Assembly: GCA_029856155.1 (NCBI GenBank)
Contig: JAHQWL010000025.1
Coordinates: 1 to 54,079, forward strand
Source of the DNA: Promethearchaeia archaeon
GTDB lineage: Archaea > Asgardarchaeota > Lokiarchaeia > Sigyniarchaeales > SOKP01
Reading direction: 5' to 3'
DNA length: 54,079 nucleotides
Position 1 is the first letter of the stretch. Each line of letters starts with the position of its first letter. Shown here in pieces: positions 20,043 to 30,899 of this stretch. Both the position numbers and the translations under genes were made by a program. The notes beneath the pieces were generated by a model. The model was not told the DNA's origin and did not search any database. It saw only the letters and a list, made by a program, of their open reading frames with translations.

Positions 20043-23000
20043 ATGACAAAAAAATCGTGTGAAAAACATAAAAAATTCAATTATTACTGTAAAGATTGCC
20101 AAGCAATAAATAAAGCATATGAATTTCAAAAGAAAGTAGAAAGATTAGAACGAGGAGAATCTTTTGATGATGAACCTCCACAAACTAAACTATTAAAACT
20201 TGGTATATTTCAATCTAAACCGAAAATAAAAAAATATCTAAAGATCTTTTTACCAATTGTAACTATAGTTATCGTTCTTCTATCTATTTTATGGTGGTGG
20301 CCTGCTTGGTTTGGGCCCATTAAACTTAATGCTCAACTATATGATAATAAAGCGGTTGGAAATATTAGTTATTATGAAGTTTATTTTCTTAATTTCTGGT
20401 CAACCAATTTCTTTTTTAATAAAACAGCCTTGATAGGGGCGATAATAGGATGTATCATAATGAGTCTACCACCTAATAGAAATCTATTAACTATTATTGG
20501 TACACGGTTAAGATTTGGTAAACCATCGATATTAAAAGCCTTAATTTTTTGGTGGACCGCGGGTTTTGCTCTATTTTACTGCATAGGCTTTATACTCGAT
20601 ATTGATGGTCAATTTTCTTGGGCTATATACTTGATAGAAAAAGGGGAAATTGGTTTCTCTCCGATTACTGTTTTTACTGATGCTTTCAATGTCTTAATGA
20701 ACCAGAATAATATGAACCTTGATTTTATATTCGTTTATACGAGGGTATATTTACCATTTATTTTTTACATTTTTGCAGTTTGTATTTTTCGATTAATTTT
20801 AAACATTGGAAGTAATTATTACTTGCAAAGAAACGATTATAATATATTAGCAAACGCCCTATTAATAGGTAGTTTGATTTGTGGGATAATCTTTCTTTAT
20901 TTACCTGCTTTTGCTTTAAATGGGGTTGAATTAATACAGATGTGGTCATTGATATTAGCCTTTATTGCCCTTATTGGATTTGGGGTATTGTTTTATATTT
21001 TTGGTCGCCTTAAATCAACGAAAAATCCAAGATCTAAGTTAATCATAAATCCTAAGGAAATGAAAATATGGATAATGACTGGAGTGGTAATAGGGATAAT
21101 AATAGTACCCATGATAATAAGTGTTGGTCCATCAATCACATTAAGTAATACATCAGTCTATTCTACATACGAATGGAATAAAAGAGTTCAAAGAGAAATC
21201 CTATGGACCAGAGAGTGTGCTGGATTAGACATTTTTGAGGAAAGACCAATCGAAAATTTCACTTTATCATCTTCGCCAGCAAACGATACACTAATGATCG
21301 AGCGAATAAGGCAATTTGATCAATCTTTTGCTGTTCAGAGTCTAGCCGCAAAGATTGGTACTACATATGAAGGTTTAGCAGATTCTGATATCGTTTTTTT
21401 AAATGGAACTGAATATTGGGTCGCACCAAAAACAATCAGATTATCACAATTTTCTGGAGATCCAGTGCAAATCTCTACTGAATTATATGATCATATTGAA
21501 GGATTCTTGGCATTGGATACAAACACAGGAGAATTAGTTAATGTAACTTCGATTTTTAATATTGATGAAAATTATCCAATCTTTTTTGGTGAATCTGAAA
21601 GTGAAAAATTTTTAGAGGTACAAGATTCTTATGGTGGTTTAGGTGCTTATGATACAAGTATTTTACTAGGAACTGAATGGAGAGGTGGAATTCCAAATAA
21701 TATATACGTTTATAATGGCGATCCAGATGGAATACTTGAGGGTTTGGAAGCTTTCTGGTATACAGCTAGTTTAGGGCTATGGGGATATGTTTTCCAAGGA
21801 GGAGAAAAACAATTTTTAATTAATAGAAACGTTAAAAACCGAGTAAATAATATACTTTTACCTCAATTAAGAGTAGACAATGATCCTTATTTAGTTTTTG
21901 ATCGTAATAATGAAAAGATGTATTATGCAGTTTCAATTTATACGTCAATAAATATTGGCTCATATTCACGATCTCCAGTATTAAGATTTTTAGGAATAGG
22001 TTTAATTGATGTAATTAATGGTGAAATGGAATTTTATAAAAATCCTAGTTTAATTGAATCGAGTGATGATCCAACTTATTTTGCTTGGAAATATTACATG
22101 GAAGTTTATAATTGGCAAGATTCTCCATCATGGTTAAAAAACCAGTTGAGATATCCCGAAGATTTATTCGAAATGCAACTAAAAGCAAATTACATATATC
22201 ATGTCCAAGATCTAAAATCATGGAAGAGAGGAGATGACTTTCATGAAAGACCGGAAAATGGAGATCTCTTTTATATCGAAACAAATCTAGGAGATGGGAT
22301 TGAATATGTTGGGTTAGATTTAGTGGAGTATCAAGGTACAGAGGCAAAAACATTAGCAGGTATGTATATAATAAGACATGGAGAAAATTTCGGAGAAGCA
22401 CTCTTTTACCACACAAGAAACTTGGCAGAAAATCTAATTGGTCCTCAAACTGCGAGAGATACATATGAAACAGAAGCAACTCAAGAAATTATCCTAATTT
22501 CTGGTGCTAGGAATGGAAATACCCTACTATATCCCCTTGGGGGTTCAGTTTACTACTATATACCTACTTACAGCACTGTTGGTGGATTACAACAATTAAA
22601 ATTGGCAGGATTCGTAGAAGCATTTACTAGAAGAGTAGGCTACGGTGCTGATGCTTTTGACGCCTATAATAATTTAGAAAATTTTAAACCGAGGACATTT
22701 ACTTTAGCAACTGATGCTGATAATCCTGATATTGATGGAGTATTTCTATTAAATTGGACAGAATCTCAATTTGCTGATAGTTATTCAATCTATAGAAACA
22801 ACAGTTTAATTGTAAGTAATTTGCTTAATTCACAAACATCGTATATAATTTCTGAATTAAATTCTGGGATTTATGAATATTTTGTTCAAGCATCTAATGC
22901 ATTTGGTAATACAACAACAAACACAATAATAGTAGATGTTAAAATATATGCTATAGCATTTAATTTTGAAATGGATAACTCAATGACATTACCAGATGAT

Positions 23001-23345
23001 CTCGCACGCTTTAGAATAGAACTCGAGAATTTAAATGAAACTATCACACCTCTGGGATATAACGTTACAGTAAATTTATTATTATATCGAGAAGGAGGTG
23101 GGGTCTTTTCAGTTATAGTACCACCTGATTATTATCCGTTGGAAAATAGATCTTTCAGTTATGGCGTTTATTCTGGTATTAATTTTACACTAATTAATGA
23201 TATTCTTTATTCTGGTGAGGGTTTGATTTTGAATGGATTTATAAATTGTACAACTAGCGATATCATAATAAGATTTAAATGGACTTTAATTGTTGATAAT
23301 GTTATTATACATGTTTCAGAAGAAGATTTTATCTCAGTAACTTAA
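20043..23345 (+). CDS. UPF0182-family membrane protein with N-terminal Cys/His motif and C-terminal FN3-like domain
   Basis: Multi-TM N-terminal half; 'PIFFGE', 'RNVKNRV...DNDPYLV', 'LRYPEDLF..Q...YH', 'GPQTA', 'GNTLLYP...YYIP.Y'; FN3-like 'LNWTES..ADSYSIYRN...YEYFVQASNAFG'. Confidence 0.88.
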   Translation: MTKKSCEKHKKFNYYCKDCQAINKAYEFQKKVERLERGESFDDEPPQTKLLKLGIFQSKPKIKKYLKIFLPIVTIVIVLLSILWWWPAWFGPIKLNAQLYDNKAVGNISYYEVYFLNFWSTNFFFNKTALIGAIIGCIIMSLPPNRNLLTIIGTRLRFGKPSILKALIFWWTAGFALFYCIGFILDIDGQFSWAIYLIEKGEIGFSPITVFTDAFNVLMNQNNMNLDFIFVYTRVYLPFIFYIFAVCIFRLILNIGSNYYLQRNDYNILANALLIGSLICGIIFLYLPAFALNGVELIQMWSLILAFIALIGFGVLFYIFGRLKSTKNPRSKLIINPKEMKIWIMTGVVIGIIIVPMIISVGPSITLSNTSVYSTYEWNKRVQREILWTRECAGLDIFEERPIENFTLSSSPANDTLMIERIRQFDQSFAVQSLAAKIGTTYEGLADSDIVFLNGTEYWVAPKTIRLSQFSGDPVQISTELYDHIEGFLALDTNTGELVNVTSIFNIDENYPIFFGESESEKFLEVQDSYGGLGAYDTSILLGTEWRGGIPNNIYVYNGDPDGILEGLEAFWYTASLGLWGYVFQGGEKQFLINRNVKNRVNNILLPQLRVDNDPYLVFDRNNEKMYYAVSIYTSINIGSYSRSPVLRFLGIGLIDVINGEMEFYKNPSLIESSDDPTYFAWKYYMEVYNWQDSPSWLKNQLRYPEDLFEMQLKANYIYHVQDLKSWKRGDDFHERPENGDLFYIETNLGDGIEYVGLDLVEYQGTEAKTLAGMYIIRHGENFGEALFYHTRNLAENLIGPQTARDTYETEATQEIILISGARNGNTLLYPLGGSVYYYIPTYSTVGGLQQLKLAGFVEAFTRRVGYGADAFDAYNNLENFKPRTFTLATDADNPDIDGVFLLNWTESQFADSYSIYRNNSLIVSNLLNSQTSYIISELNSGIYEYFVQASNAFGNTTTNTIIVDVKIYAIAFNFEMDNSMTLPDDLARFRIELENLNETITPLGYNVTVNLLLYREGGGVFSVIVPPDYYPLENRSFSYGVYSGINFTLINDILYSGEGLILNGFINCTTSDIIIRFKWTLIVDNVIIHVSEEDFISVT

Positions 23346-23380
23346 ATTAACAATTTTTTTTTATTTTATTTTTAATTTTT

Positions 23381-24340
23381 TCAAATAAAAAGTAATAGAA
23401 CACCAAGTAATGTTATTATTACTCCTGAAAATCCCTTTATTGAAATTTTTTCTTTATTTATAATATAAGAGAATGGGATTGTAAATAAGGGCATTGCTGT
23501 GGATATAAGAGACATAAAAGTTGCTCCTGCTATATGAACACCTTCTCCAAAAAATATACTCCCTATTGAATAGCTCAATATGGCAGAAATGAGAAGAATG
23601 ATCCAAGTATTGCGATTTTTAGGTATCGGTGTTCTTGTTCCCTCTATTGCAGCAATTATACTTAATAAAACTGAGGCGAATAGGAACCGTATCATCATAG
23701 CGATCATTGTACTTAATACTCCTAAATTCAATATATGATCAACTTGATTGATTGAATAATCCGTTAAAGCAATACCTATAGCCCAAGAGATTGCAGTAAT
23801 AAGAGCTAAAAGCGTTCCTTTAAGAGTCCTGGGAAGAGAAGTTTTATTTAAATCCTTGTGATTATTAGACATTTGAGATTGAAAAGAATAAGGAGTTTTA
23901 TTATTGAAATTATTGCGTTCCCCTCTTGTTATTATTATTACTCCTATTCCAATTAATATCCCTGAAAAAATCATTTGAATTGAAATTGAGCGTTTTAAAA
24001 AGAAAAATGCAAATAAAATTGTAAAGAATGGTGTTGTAGTAGTTATAGCAAGAGCTTTAGCGGGTCCTAAAATCTTCTGTGATTGAAGATAGGCTGTATC
24101 TCCTAAGATAACCGTAAATGAAATGCTTATCACTAGAATCAATATAAGTATAATGGATAATGAAAATATCTCAAAAAAGACACCAAAGGATACACATATT
24201 ATTAGAAATGTTAAAAATCCAACTATTGATCGTATTGCGTTTTGAAAAATCGGTGTTGCTTCGTTTTCTATCTTTCTAGCTAATACAAATGAAAGCGCAA
24301 ACGAGATTCCTGTAAGAATCGCCATTATTTCCCCATACAT
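23381..24340 (-). CDS. DMT/EamA family transporter
   Basis: Two EamA repeats ('TPFFTILFAFFFLKRSI', 'MPLFTIPFSYIINKEKI'). Confidence 0.9.
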   Translation of the reverse strand: MYGEIMAILTGISFALSFVLARKIENEATPIFQNAIRSIVGFLTFLIICVSFGVFFEIFSLSIILILILVISISFTVILGDTAYLQSQKILGPAKALAITTTTPFFTILFAFFFLKRSISIQMIFSGILIGIGVIIITRGERNNFNNKTPYSFQSQMSNNHKDLNKTSLPRTLKGTLLALITAISWAIGIALTDYSINQVDHILNLGVLSTMIAMMIRFLFASVLLSIIAAIEGTRTPIPKNRNTWIILLISAILSYSIGSIFFGEGVHIAGATFMSLISTAMPLFTIPFSYIINKEKISIKGFSGVIITLLGVLLLFI

Positions 24341-24512
24341 ACCTAGCCTTCTCTCTTTAATGTGTTAAGACATAGATTGTTTTAATTTTCTAATAAATGA
24401 TGAATTTTACTTTTTTCAAAAATAAGTAATCTCTTATACATTTTTAAAGAGATTTGTGTTTTTAATTGTTTATGCTTGATCTTTATTCATATTAATAATT
24501 AAGGACAAATTA

Positions 24513-25292
24513 ATGGTATCTAGTCAAAATAATTTTTACTTGAGAGAAGATAACAATAATGAGAAATCTAATAGAAACCTAGATAATATTTTAATTGAAA
24601 GTGCATATATTTCATGTAATTTTAACAAAATCCCCCCAATATTCGGTTGCTTAATAGCAGATTTACATGGAAATACTCTAATGGTATTTGAATATGATTC
24701 TAAAAATGAGAATGATTATGGATCTATAAAATCATATTTATCTGAACATCAGAAAAGCCTTTTAGAAATTGACTTAATATCAATGTATTTTAGTTCTTTT
24801 AAGGCTTTCGCAGGACAAACCAACATTCAAAATTTATCAAATTTAGAAATACATGGTTCTAATATTAAGGTTCAAATTTTCTTTTTATTTAATAAATATA
24901 TGATCATTTTTTTTCTCAATTCTAAAACAGATTTAAGTTTAAAAGAAAAAAAACAAATTATAGAATACTTTGAAGATAAAATCATAAAATTTGAATTTGA
25001 GTTTACCCATTTTAATGCCGCAAGATCTAGAAAAATTCTTAGTATATTAGAAAACAAGGGAAAAGCTTGGTTAAAAAAATTAAATAAAAACTATTTACAA
25101 ACGTATAATGATTCATATCTAAAGAAACATGAAATATTGAATGTACTTTCAAGCCAAATCGAGCCAATAATTGAAAAAATCCTTAATGAATATTTAGAAA
25201 ATATTGAAGAAGATATTGTAAATAATGTATCAAAAGAAATTAAGAACCAAATCCAAGACAAATTGTTTGGATTTGACCCAAATTCTTATTAA
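24513..25292 (+). CDS. Longin/roadblock-like domain protein with helical C-terminus
   Basis: 'GCLIADLHGNTLM...LISMYFSSFKAFA...LEIHGSNIKVQIF...YMIIFFLN'. Confidence 0.6.
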   Translation: MVSSQNNFYLREDNNNEKSNRNLDNILIESAYISCNFNKIPPIFGCLIADLHGNTLMVFEYDSKNENDYGSIKSYLSEHQKSLLEIDLISMYFSSFKAFAGQTNIQNLSNLEIHGSNIKVQIFFLFNKYMIIFFLNSKTDLSLKEKKQIIEYFEDKIIKFEFEFTHFNAARSRKILSILENKGKAWLKKLNKNYLQTYNDSYLKKHEILNVLSSQIEPIIEKILNEYLENIEEDIVNNVSKEIKNQIQDKLFGFDPNSY

Positions 25293-25369
25293 AATTTAAA
25301 ATCAAAGGATCTAATAAAATTTTGAATATCTTATTGTAGATATTTAGACCAGTGAAGATTTTATTTAAC

Positions 25370-25600
25370 TTAATGATGTAGAAAATTTTTTATCTTTTTC
25401 TTTCTAATTAGAAGAAAACCAAGAAGTAGAAACACAATCTCAAAAAATATATCTTTAACGAGAATGATACTTCCTAAACGTATAAAAAATAAGTTAATAA
25501 CCAATGCAAAAACACTGTAAAAAATAGAAAATAATCCAAATGAAAATAAAAAAACGCCTAAGATTAAATCTAACTCAACTTTTTTCTTCAGTTTTATCAC
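25370..25600 (-). CDS. Small 2-TM membrane protein
   Basis: Two hydrophobic helices with a basic tail; co-oriented with the upstream membrane gene. Confidence 0.55.
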   Translation of the reverse strand: MIKLKKKVELDLILGVFLFSFGLFSIFYSVFALVINLFFIRLGSIILVKDIFFEIVFLLLGFLLIRKKKIKNFLHH

Positions 25601-25670
25601 TTAAGAAAGATTCCAAATCTACTTTATTTCTAAATTTGTAATAAATATATGAAAAGAACTATTTAAGCGT

Positions 25671-26675
25671 TTATTTATGCGAACTTCCAATTGAATCATC
25701 ATATTTTCTTAAATCATTTAAAATTTGCTCAAATTCTTGGTATAAGTCTGGGTAAAATTTAGCAAATACACGATACCAATCTATTCCAAGCATTCCTCCT
25801 GCAATAAAACAAAGAACAACTCCTATTAAAACAAGAGTCTCATGATTAATGTGAAAAATCAGTATCGGAAAGAAATCTGTTCCATGTATAAACAAGCTGA
25901 CTGAAAAGCTATTAAGAAATATCCCAAAAGGATATAACAGTACTCTTGGTGACTTAAAAAAATGTGCAGATTCCGGAGAATTTAGATAGAATATAGATGA
26001 TATATTGTTATTATAAGTGCTTTTTCGACGCTCAATAAATTTGAACGTAATTATATCTCTCCAATCCCTAAAAATTAAAAAACTTCCACTAAATAAGAAT
26101 AAAAATAATAAAATCATCTCAATGGCTAAATAAATTCTTAATTCTGTCCTTAATATTTCATATTGAACCATTACGTTTCGAATTATCCATAAAAAAACAG
26201 CTAAAAGGACAAACAAAATACCTACAAAACCTTCATGAATATGGTAATTTTGAAAAACTTTCCCTTTATTGTCCTGGTTCGAATTATATCTAATGTATCT
26301 AATAAAATTTATGGTTAGTCCAGGGGACATTATAGAAAAACATATAATAGGAACAGCTTCTCTAATAATATTCCAATCCAAAGAACCAAATTCGACTTTA
26401 AAAAGTTCTAAAAAGTAAAGTATGATCCATAACGGGGTTCCAATTAGGATTATTATAAGAAAAATTTTATTGTAATTTTGAAAAGTAATTAAAAATAATA
26501 ATAAATAAAAAAATAAGATAAAATAACTTATAGTGAACATCCAATTAATCTGTAATTCGAGAGAGTACCACTCATATCGTTGATTATAATAATAGAAGTA
26601 ATAAAGGATTATCATACTTGATATGATTAAACAAAAAAACACTATTCCCTTAAAAAAATGAAGATACTTTTTCAT
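25671..26675 (-). CDS. Polytopic membrane protein, unknown function
   Basis: About 8 TM; 'YHIHEGFVG' motif. Confidence 0.8.
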   Translation of the reverse strand: MKKYLHFFKGIVFFCLIISSMIILYYFYYYNQRYEWYSLELQINWMFTISYFILFFYLLLFLITFQNYNKIFLIIILIGTPLWIILYFLELFKVEFGSLDWNIIREAVPIICFSIMSPGLTINFIRYIRYNSNQDNKGKVFQNYHIHEGFVGILFVLLAVFLWIIRNVMVQYEILRTELRIYLAIEMILLFLFLFSGSFLIFRDWRDIITFKFIERRKSTYNNNISSIFYLNSPESAHFFKSPRVLLYPFGIFLNSFSVSLFIHGTDFFPILIFHINHETLVLIGVVLCFIAGGMLGIDWYRVFAKFYPDLYQEFEQILNDLRKYDDSIGSSHK

Positions 26676-26923
26676 AATTCTTTTAAACCTTTAAATTACT
26701 TAAAATGAACTTTAAGGAAACTAAATTCTCTTTTTTTTATAGTATTTTTTTAAATATTTGTTATTTAATATTGTAAAGATTCAATAAAAAATGTTTAAAT
26801 TTTTAGATATAATTTAATAAATATAAATATTTTTTTTCCGCTTGCTTAGAATCAAGAGATAATGAAATTACTACGTAAATAAATCCATTTAATTAAAGTT
26901 AAAATCCAAAAATAAACATAATA

Positions 26924-29554
26924 ATGTCAAAAGACAAGTTAAACCTAATAAAATTGGCAAAATTTGTAAACCAAGAGATTTTTGTAGAAGAATTATTACA
27001 CGCTAGTACAGAAAATCTATTAAAAAAGTTTAATAAAAAGAAGAATCTGCTAAAAATAAAGATCTTAATTACCAAAATATTTTATTCTGTTTTTTTTGGA
27101 ATTCTCCCTGCAATCCCACTTATGACATATTTTCAGATGATTGAGGGAGTTATCACTCAAGGATATCCTATTGAAATAGTTGTATTTAGTGGTAGTTTAT
27201 TATTTTTATTTTTTTTTATCTTACAATTTTTTAATGTTTTTTTGATGGGTATGATTGAAGTAGGAGTAATTATGTCAAATAGCCTATTCTATTGGCTAAA
27301 AACCTTACCCATTTCTACCAAAGAATTACAAAAATTAAAAATTATTAGTGTTTTTCGAACTTTCGATCTTCCATTAATAGTGATAACACTTGGTTTTCCT
27401 CTAGCAATGTTTATTGGAACCTTGAATGTTATGATTTTCTTGATCTGTTTAGGGATTTCAATCCTCCAAAATATGACTACCTTTATTATATTGATAATTT
27501 TTGGAAAAAGATTAAATAGAATCATAGATATAAACGACCCAAATTCAAGAAAAGCGACAATATTACGATTAATAAATATATTCGGCTTTGTTATAATTTT
27601 TTTTGGAAGCATGATTTTTGTGCAGTGGGCAATAACGTCTATAGATTCTTTTTTTAGATCTCCATTGGTTCAGCAAAGTACTGCACTTTTAAATTTGATT
27701 CTCGCAACTATTCCATTTCAATCACCAAGTTATTTAATCGCTTTTCTTACCATCCCGAGTCAATATAATCTTCATTTTTGGATTGGGATATTTTGTGGTT
27801 TGGGGCTATTTATATTATTTACCTATTGGATTTTTACCAAAACAATATCAGGGTTAAAGAAAATAAAGCTTTCCGATGATGATAGTCTAAAGAAACATAA
27901 AAATTCGCATTTAATACAAGAAAAACTTCAAATTAACATTAAAATAAGAAAACCCATCTATTCACATTTTATTAAGGATCTTTCAATAACCTTTAGAAAT
28001 CTCAAAATTTTCTTATCAGCTATAACACCGATTATCATTTCATTTGTATTTACTTTTACATTTAATTTCACAGTGTTACAAGGGCAAACTCCCTTAAATA
28101 CAGATTTTATTTATACTTGGTCAGTAATTTTGGCTTTTCAACCTATTATTTGTGGTATGTTATTATATAACTTAATGAATTTAGAGGAAAGTGGAGATCC
28201 TATCTTTTCATCACTACCAATAATACCTAAAAATCAAGCTAAATCAAAACTTTTGTATTTCATAATAATTCAAACAATTTCTGTCGTATCTCCTTATCTT
28301 GTTTATATGTTTGAACCCAATTTTATAAACTTTCTTCTCTCTATTTTAATTTCGTTACCATTTGCATGGTTTATTCTTATTTCAATGTTTGAAATGCGGA
28401 TATACTTTTTTGGAAGAGCAAAATATCGATTTGTTCTTGAACCAGTTAACCCTGACAATAAAATGAGTAAATGGGTTAGTATTTACATTTTAGAGTACAT
28501 TCTATCCGTTGTAATCATTTCAATGGGACCGATCTTGAGTTATTGGGGACTCCTACATTTCATTTCAATTTATACTTTAATTATATTATGCTGCTATTTC
28601 ATTCTGTTAATTTCTTTTAAAATTCTCTTTTCTCCTTCTCGAAAACCTAAAAAGAAAAAGATACTGAAATTTTCTTTTGATAGAGAGGTATACCAAATAA
28701 TTCCAGACAACACTCACAGAATCATCTTTTCTCCTACTCGAAGACCTAAAAAGGAAAAATCACCTAAATTATCTTTAGATAAAGAGGAATACCAAATTAT
28801 ATCTAAGAACACTTTTTTTATTAAGAATCCATGGAGTTCAATTATTCTATTATTAACATTTAATTTTTTTTTAGTTTCTCTAGGAAATCTTTACTTAAAT
28901 AATCTAAGTAGTTTTCTATCCTATGAATATATTCATGGACAAATAAATCAATTTCAAATTATCTTGTGGTATCTCGTATTTCCTACTTTATTTTTATACT
29001 TTATAAAAATAAATTTTATTCCTAATTTCAAAGGAACTACTGATGATACATCAGATATACGAAATAGTAAATTAGACATCTGTATGTTAGAGATCTTTGG
29101 AATTATTTTCATTTTTGTATTTCACTTTTCATACTCTTCTGCCTTTCCATCAGTCATCTCTTTTTATGGGCACATCCCCCCTGATGTTTATAGAATCTTA
29201 GTAAGCTTTGTTTTTGCCATATGGAATGAAATTCTATTTCGTGGAATTATATTTCCAGTCCTCCTTACAAAATATAGTAGATTTATTTCTCTGATCTTAA
29301 ATGCTTGTATTTTCTATATATATTACTTAATCTATTTTATGACTTTATCTGTAATTCTTAATGATGTCAGTAGAATTTTAATAGCCTTTTTCTATATTTG
29401 TATAGTAAATTTTTTCTTAACTTATTTATTCTCTAAACAAAATAGTATTTACCTCGCTGTTTTTACTCATTTCATAAGTTCTCTATTTGGAGCACTTCCA
29501 TTGTATTATTTTGGATATTCCTACTTTTTTTTCATTCTAATAGTTCATATATAA
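26924..29554 (+). CDS. ABC-exporter permease-like membrane protein fused to a degenerate CPBP (Abi/CAAX protease) domain
   Basis: 'LKTLPIS', 'IKDL...FRN', 'SLPI.PK.QAKSK' permease-like repeats; C-terminal 'WNEILFRG' and 'SIYLAVFTHF'. Confidence 0.75.
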   Translation: MSKDKLNLIKLAKFVNQEIFVEELLHASTENLLKKFNKKKNLLKIKILITKIFYSVFFGILPAIPLMTYFQMIEGVITQGYPIEIVVFSGSLLFLFFFILQFFNVFLMGMIEVGVIMSNSLFYWLKTLPISTKELQKLKIISVFRTFDLPLIVITLGFPLAMFIGTLNVMIFLICLGISILQNMTTFIILIIFGKRLNRIIDINDPNSRKATILRLINIFGFVIIFFGSMIFVQWAITSIDSFFRSPLVQQSTALLNLILATIPFQSPSYLIAFLTIPSQYNLHFWIGIFCGLGLFILFTYWIFTKTISGLKKIKLSDDDSLKKHKNSHLIQEKLQINIKIRKPIYSHFIKDLSITFRNLKIFLSAITPIIISFVFTFTFNFTVLQGQTPLNTDFIYTWSVILAFQPIICGMLLYNLMNLEESGDPIFSSLPIIPKNQAKSKLLYFIIIQTISVVSPYLVYMFEPNFINFLLSILISLPFAWFILISMFEMRIYFFGRAKYRFVLEPVNPDNKMSKWVSIYILEYILSVVIISMGPILSYWGLLHFISIYTLIILCCYFILLISFKILFSPSRKPKKKKILKFSFDREVYQIIPDNTHRIIFSPTRRPKKEKSPKLSLDKEEYQIISKNTFFIKNPWSSIILLLTFNFFLVSLGNLYLNNLSSFLSYEYIHGQINQFQIILWYLVFPTLFLYFIKINFIPNFKGTTDDTSDIRNSKLDICMLEIFGIIFIFVFHFSYSSAFPSVISFYGHIPPDVYRILVSFVFAIWNEILFRGIIFPVLLTKYSRFISLILNACIFYIYYLIYFMTLSVILNDVSRILIAFFYICIVNFFLTYLFSKQNSIYLAVFTHFISSLFGALPLYYFGYSYFFFILIVHI
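28621..28813 (+). repeat. Intragenic tandem duplication, 99-bp period
   Basis: ILFSPSRKPKKKKILKFSFDREVYQIIPDNT versus IIFSPTRRPKKEKSPKLSLDKEEYQIISKNT. Confidence 0.85.
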
Positions 29555-29780
29555 TTATAATATCCTGCTGTGTTGTGTAACAACACCAACCACTGAAATA
29601 ATCATGTACGGTCCTTAAGAACTAATTAACATAAAATTCTGATAAGTTAGGTATTGAAAAAAAATAAGAAGTTATTTCTGCATTTCTGAAAAAATAAGGA
29701 GATGATAAAAGAAAAAATTTAAAATTAATTGTTGCCATATTACCCTTAAATTCAATCCAATTTTGAATTCATACTAAGAA

Positions 29781-30077
29781 ATGCCTTATTGTCCTAATTG
29801 TGGTGCAAAATTAGAGAGAATTGAATACTTCTGTCCTTATTGTGGGAAATTATTTGAGAAAAGAAATAAGGTAAATGAAAATTCTACAGAATCTAAAATT
29901 GAGGTCTTACAGCATGAAGTCAGTTATCTAAAAAATCAATTACATACGCAAAAACCACAAGATAAACCACTATTTATACCCCAAAAAAAGCAGGAATCCG
30001 ACTGCTGGAAATGCTGTTGTATAATTATCCTTCTATTGATGATATTTGGACTCGTCCCATTTACCATTTATTTATGA
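29781..30077 (+). CDS. Zinc-ribbon, coiled-coil, tail-anchored protein
   Basis: 'CPNCG...CPYCG', short coiled coil, 'CWKCCC' followed by a C-terminal TM helix. Confidence 0.8.
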   Translation: MPYCPNCGAKLERIEYFCPYCGKLFEKRNKVNENSTESKIEVLQHEVSYLKNQLHTQKPQDKPLFIPQKKQESDCWKCCCIIILLLMIFGLVPFTIYL

Positions 30078-30135
30078 GTAGCTATTAGAAAGATGAATTT
30101 GTTGTGGATTTAAAATGATAGAATACCCGCTATTA

Positions 30136-30642
30136 TTAATCCTCTAATAACTGTTTTTTGCGAAGGTATTCTTCCTCAGAAATTTCACCATTGATCATTT
30201 TCATTTTCAGTACTTTAAGGGGATCATCAGTGCTAACAGACTTAGCTACTTCGGAAGTTGGTTTTTCTTTTATTTTCTTTTTAGCTTCGTTCAAACTCTT
30301 GATTATTAAAGAAGCCATTGTTGGATTAACCGTCTTTTTAATCATTTTCATCATTAACTTCTTCATTGGTACTCTTTTTAGCAAAAATTCGAATTTATAA
30401 TCATACATCACTTCTACAATATCACCAGAAAGTTCAAAAGCTACAGTAAAACTAAATTGAGCTCCCGAAATAGGTAATAACTGAAAACTCGACCATAATT
30501 TCTCACGAGGCCCAATCTCGATGATTTCCATTTTAGTACCTTGCGACCACATAGTTTGTTTTATTAGAGTATCAGCAAATACATTAAACAAATAGTAAAC
30601 ATCATCGGGCTTTTCTTTTATTGTTTCAATTACTTGAGACAT
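30136..30642 (-). CDS. SHOCT-domain protein
   Basis: C-terminal 'DPLKVLKMKMINGEISEEEYLRKKQLL'; SD GGAGGT. Confidence 0.8.
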   Translation of the reverse strand: MSQVIETIKEKPDDVYYLFNVFADTLIKQTMWSQGTKMEIIEIGPREKLWSSFQLLPISGAQFSFTVAFELSGDIVEVMYDYKFEFLLKRVPMKKLMMKMIKKTVNPTMASLIIKSLNEAKKKIKEKPTSEVAKSVSTDDPLKVLKMKMINGEISEEEYLRKKQLLED

Positions 30643-30899
30643 TTAATAACCTCCATTACTCTCATCATAAGTCATCTTTAATTCGAATAAATGGTGAATT
30701 TCGGATAATAGAGAGCTAATATTAATATTATGTATAATTTATAATTTAAACGTTTCTGTAGTAAAGAGACTTCAAATTTAGTTCTCTCTTTAAAACTTCA
30801 AAATCATTCCAATGGGTTTTATAATATCGTTCTACTGTCATTATATTAAATTTAAATAGAAATACAAATATAAAAATTAAAAAAATAAATGTGATATGA

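Noticed and set aside
29570-29586. GTGTTG/CAACAC mini-hairpin after the permease-CPBP gene
   Set aside because: A 6-bp stem with no T tract is too weak to call.
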